Source: a virus (taxonomy: Duplodnaviria > Caudoviricetes). Taken from it: a DNA stretch of 58,272 bases. The stretch is from positions 1 to 58,272 of the IMG/VR virus record IMGVR_UViG_3300029448_000039; one strand, 5' to 3'. Under the pieces are notes generated by a model. That model ran no database searches. It worked only from the letters and a program-made list of their open reading frames with translations, and was not told the DNA's origin. This document shows positions 55,401-58,272 of this stretch, piece after piece (positions within the stretch are counted from its first letter, which is position 1; each line of letters starts with the position of its first letter). The translations under genes were made by a program, and so were the position numbers.

Positions 55401-58272
55401 TTACTTTAGATGGCAGAGAAAAAGATATAACAAGTCCAGCTTATCATGAAGCCACACATTATCTTTGGAACAATGGATTTTTTAATGAACAGCAAAGAAA
55501 AACTATACTAGATAATAGAGATTATTTAAGACAAATAGTTAAAAACAACATTATTACTAATGAAACACAATATAATTCTATCTTTTCTCCTTTAGACGAA
55601 GCAGGTGAAATGGATGAACTATTAGCTTATACATCAGGTTATTACAATGCTTCTATGGATCTTAACAATACACCTCCTACATTCTTAACTGATGAAGTAA
55701 ATGGAATATTAAATAACTTATATGAGATGTTTAAACAGTTAGCCAGATATGTAAGTGGCAATAACACACTGTTTACACCTACTGAACAACAAGCTATTAC
55801 TCAGATACTAGATGATGTTCGTTCAGGAGCTATTGGTAGACAAGACATGTTTTTTAACACTGATGGTACTGATCCAGTTGCCAGAAGGGCTGCTATTATT
55901 ACAGGGTATCCTGATGGGCGAATGCCAAGTTCTTTTCAATTACAAGCACCATTAAAAGACTATATAAAACAAACTCAATTAAAACAAAAAAAGAAAGGCT
56001 CTGAATGGTTATTTAGGAATGATAAAGGTCAAATTGATGGTGTTTTAAAGAAAGCTAAATTTAAAACAAAGTTTAGAACCAGTGCAATAACTGATACTGA
56101 GTTAAAGAATGTAGGTTTATATCAAGAATTAACAAATAATCCTGACAAAATATATAGCGGTCAAGAGTTACTCAATATAATTCAACGTAATGAGAATATG
56201 TTAGTTATTACGAGTTTTGGAGAAAATACTAACGAAGCTAGTTATGGTGTAATTAGTCAAAAAAGAGATGAGTTGAGACAAAGAAAAAGAACTTTATTTG
56301 ACACAATGATTCAAAGAAATCCAGTAGACATATTATGGAGTCTTAGTGAAGCAAATAAACAACAATATTTTGCACAAGATTCAGGTTTGATAACTAATTT
56401 TTTAAGTAAGTATGTAGATAGTGAAGGTAATTTAAAACTAGGTCGAAAAGTAGAAGGTTATAATCAGGAAGAAGTATCTAGGGAGATATTAGATCTTACT
56501 ACAAAGCTTACAGATACACCTGTAGATTCATTAGTTGATATTTATTTAAATGCTAATCCAAATATTAATAAAGCAATTTCTGATTTTCCAAGTTTTAGAT
56601 TAAATTACAAGCAATATATGAGTGAATTGGGAGATACTCCAGAAGCACTATTTAGAAATAGACAAAAAAACACTAGGATTATGGCAATAAAATTATTGCA
56701 CAATCCAGAGGGAATAAACCCAATGATGAATACAGGAATTTCTCTTGCACAAATTAAAGAAAGTGTTGATAAAGTTAGAACAGATGCTATTACTACAGCA
56801 AATACATTAGTAAAAGAATATGGATACACAGATGAATTTTTAACATCATTTGTTGATTTAATAGAAAACTTATCTACACAAAAAAGACTTGAGCTTGAAC
56901 ATAAAAGAAATACAGGTGGATATAACACTGAATCTAGTGTTGAAGATTCTAATAATTTACAAAGAAGATTAGGTAGTCAGTCTCAAGAATTTCAAAATTG
57001 GACATTTCCTTCAACAAGAGGGCAAGATGTCAACAACTATGGGTTATATGTTTTTAGTATGCCTAATTTAAATTTAGAAGATTTAGAAATTGTTAGACAA
57101 GAAATAGATCCAGATCTAGAAGTACAACCAAGTTTAAATAAATTTGGTAAAGGAAAAAATATAATTAGTTTTCCTGCTTATATAAAAACAAAAAGAGATA
57201 CAGGTTTTGGCACAGAAATTTTAGAAGTTTTTCAAAATGATAGATTAAGTAGTATAAATCATTTTAATAATATAGCTAATCCATTTGCTCATTTTAGATC
57301 TACTGACTTTATTACAGTTGATGGTGAAAAAGTTTTAGTAGTAGAAGAAATACAAGCTGATTACTTAAACTACTTAGAAGATGCTTTAAATATATATATA
57401 ACTTATCAGATGAGAGAAAAGACTAATGTTAATTATCTTAGTTTTTTAAAAGATATGAGAACTTTAGTGCCAAATAATCTTCTTGATAGATATGATGCTT
57501 ATGTTGAATTAGAAAGAACTTTAGAAGAAAGAACACTACAGACTTTACAAAAAATTCCTAGTATAGGAATATTAGATGAAGAGGCTGCATTAAGACTTGA
57601 TAATTTAGCTTCAGAAAGAAAAGAATTTTCTAGATTATTAGCTAGACAAGATATTAGGTCTCCTGAACAAACTCAATACAAAGAAATGATTGAAATAAAT
57701 CAACTACCTGATATTCCTTACAAAACACAAAACGAAATGATTGAATTTGTAAGTAATTTTGCAATACAAAAAGCCGCATCAGAAGCATACGATGGTATTG
57801 CTATAGTTAATAGTGAGTTACAAAACGAAAGATATAGACATAATTTTAAAAATTCTATTAGCAGTATCGAAGCTGAATTTATTGAATTACGCTCAGAACA
57901 GTCAGGTTTAGTCGAAGAATTTGTTATTTTTAGATATGGAATACCACAATCTGAATTTGCTTTATCAATGGGTACAGAACAACTTAGTTTAGATCAATCA
58001 GAACAATATATGATGCCTTTAAGTCAAGTTGGATTAGATAAAGATGAATTTTTATCTGCTAATGATGTAATGGAATTTGAAGAAAGAGGTGTTGTTTATA
58101 ATGGAAAAACAACTTTTCAAAAATTTATTGGACAAGATATATCAGATTTTTTAGAAGAAATATCATCGCAAGAAAATGGAGTAGTGACAATAGAAAATTT
58201 ACCTGAGGTTTTGAGAGAAGAATTTGATGGTAATTATACTGGTATAGATTTAGAAGGTAGAGTAGATATTCC
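52499..58272 (+). CDS. N-terminal part of giant ejection / large polyvalent protein (runs off the window end, so absent from the ORF track)
   Basis: ATG at 52499; no stop in the stretches I translated; EGVQEV..S.AQ motif, YHEATH at about 55442, AHFR...VEEIQAD at about 57290-57362; frame continues at position 3. Confidence 0.8.
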   Translation, partial: MATSEEELRKALLARRFSKETKSSGRVNPFIQTLESAKFGIKPPEPVLQEPVEPQPREDISGFSLNELIERRAKRNPNYIDALDNEYIGQDVVIEEEKTPDSDNPFVTAIRGISRGGAQTALTAGQGILALADAVTDAVGFEELIDSEDGEMIRLLNEAREYVGYEEGAGGKLAEAIGSMLIFAVPGMAQAGFSARAATAAMKGQQGLQIAQQANRYAKGMQALKFTTAGGVGAGTSDQMMKAYKEAGGEYTTGQKNLALAMGVGIGFTELLPIEMILKGLPRALDRNVKNSIVKRIANAVADGGMEGVQEVGASLAQEYSAQMIYNPDQEIGESMLSDFGYGGGAGAIFSLFLRGKGRKIGRTQADQQALADDYEQTQPSPAFTDKELPVDKKIAIYDTNGKEIEGKVISVNPDDNTSTIEIEDGDIKRKINVPLRAEINNEGYSLFSDEELFNPKNSLDIADKDGNVINYPVGNPEKTTNEILEKEETRLSKLAAQVKISEQDVFKLKVIRTELARREALTSDTLIDPEQIDVEKSQQDSLEEEAQTGSSKFIRDVDDLTRRTTQEAEAEAEARARQEGIDVETDQFVPVPNKFSNTTFDLPDPDSSIAYNLGRRGKDPSEESIERTAIDLDLSVNELRTLSKSYASDVQAEIKKQKKGAPRYTATSFKQYAEQNKPYDIRDKQIARQRKELKIANPRFRQLINQVTDLTGVNVEDLNSLQRAELVDLMSKEKQAQDAIKNQEQVKLETSLNDDGNLEIKVKSRADTKKAEPLETIVIESSEDGINRLLEMGQKYNLSENDTDNVLQSATALDQNIKASQLTNDYFRALDLATKNKTVTVKGLQKKLYGTDIDNLEDFRKTQEILLAMQEQGYVSEPTANKPTSKRQVLQKFTAIDTAGEILVQDVDQEGNRILDITQEQEEVANKVKNIIEGVAPGSQLKLAHVIRDRVTGNKLLGAQFKNIIAVTLDGREKDITSPAYHEATHYLWNNGFFNEQQRKTILDNRDYLRQIVKNNIITNETQYNSIFSPLDEAGEMDELLAYTSGYYNASMDLNNTPPTFLTDEVNGILNNLYEMFKQLARYVSGNNTLFTPTEQQAITQILDDVRSGAIGRQDMFFNTDGTDPVARRAAIITGYPDGRMPSSFQLQAPLKDYIKQTQLKQKKKGSEWLFRNDKGQIDGVLKKAKFKTKFRTSAITDTELKNVGLYQELTNNPDKIYSGQELLNIIQRNENMLVITSFGENTNEASYGVISQKRDELRQRKRTLFDTMIQRNPVDILWSLSEANKQQYFAQDSGLITNFLSKYVDSEGNLKLGRKVEGYNQEEVSREILDLTTKLTDTPVDSLVDIYLNANPNINKAISDFPSFRLNYKQYMSELGDTPEALFRNRQKNTRIMAIKLLHNPEGINPMMNTGISLAQIKESVDKVRTDAITTANTLVKEYGYTDEFLTSFVDLIENLSTQKRLELEHKRNTGGYNTESSVEDSNNLQRRLGSQSQEFQNWTFPSTRGQDVNNYGLYVFSMPNLNLEDLEIVRQEIDPDLEVQPSLNKFGKGKNIISFPAYIKTKRDTGFGTEILEVFQNDRLSSINHFNNIANPFAHFRSTDFITVDGEKVLVVEEIQADYLNYLEDALNIYITYQMREKTNVNYLSFLKDMRTLVPNNLLDRYDAYVELERTLEERTLQTLQKIPSIGILDEEAALRLDNLASERKEFSRLLARQDIRSPEQTQYKEMIEINQLPDIPYKTQNEMIEFVSNFAIQKAASEAYDGIAIVNSELQNERYRHNFKNSISSIEAEFIELRSEQSGLVEEFVIFRYGIPQSEFALSMGTEQLSLDQSEQYMMPLSQVGLDKDEFLSANDVMEFEERGVVYNGKTTFQKFIGQDISDFLEEISSQENGVVTIENLPEVLREEFDGNYTGIDLEGRVDI
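57885..58272 (+). repeat. Terminal direct repeat, copy B (diverged)
   Basis: 388 nt matching 1-385. Confidence 0.95.

Noticed and set aside
1-58272. Prophage or temperate lifestyle
   Set aside because: No integrase, repressor-cro switch, partition genes or flanking host genes are recognisable, and the ends overlap as for a circular phage contig.

Overview
This window is an apparently complete, circularly permuted genome (about 57.9 kb, AT-rich) of a tailed dsDNA phage with podovirus-like architecture. Its spanins and lipoproteins imply a Gram-negative host. The ends overlap: 1-385 and 57885-58272 are the same locus but are not identical, and a giant virion protein of about 2900 aa runs across the junction. 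The late module on the + strand runs terS, terL, portal, GroES, scaffold, major capsid, tail, S74 tail fibre and ejection proteins. It continues into a lysis cassette interrupted by a csgF-csgG-curlin-like-FecR (type VIII secretion-like) block and a set of tiny Lys-rich genes. The - strand early/middle region holds a SprT-like protease, MoxR AAA plus VWA, an ART-like protein, recombination genes, an HTH, a C5-cytosine transferase and a CmoA-like enzyme; a primase-helicase lies on the + strand within it. I saw no DNA polymerase, integrase, tRNA or CRISPR array. Top observations: (1) a CmoA-like gene is coupled to a C5-MTase whose cofactor pocket carries PCQ->PCA and GN->GR, pointing to carboxy-SAM-dependent DNA carboxymethylation, and the MTase gene also contains a nested alternative-frame ORF; (2) at least 40 copies of the palindrome YGTTTAAACR, nearly evenly spaced through the early region; (3) a phage-borne curli-like secretion cassette; (4) strict avoidance of CCWGG. 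All counts were made by eye, and family assignments come from motif recognition, not database searches.
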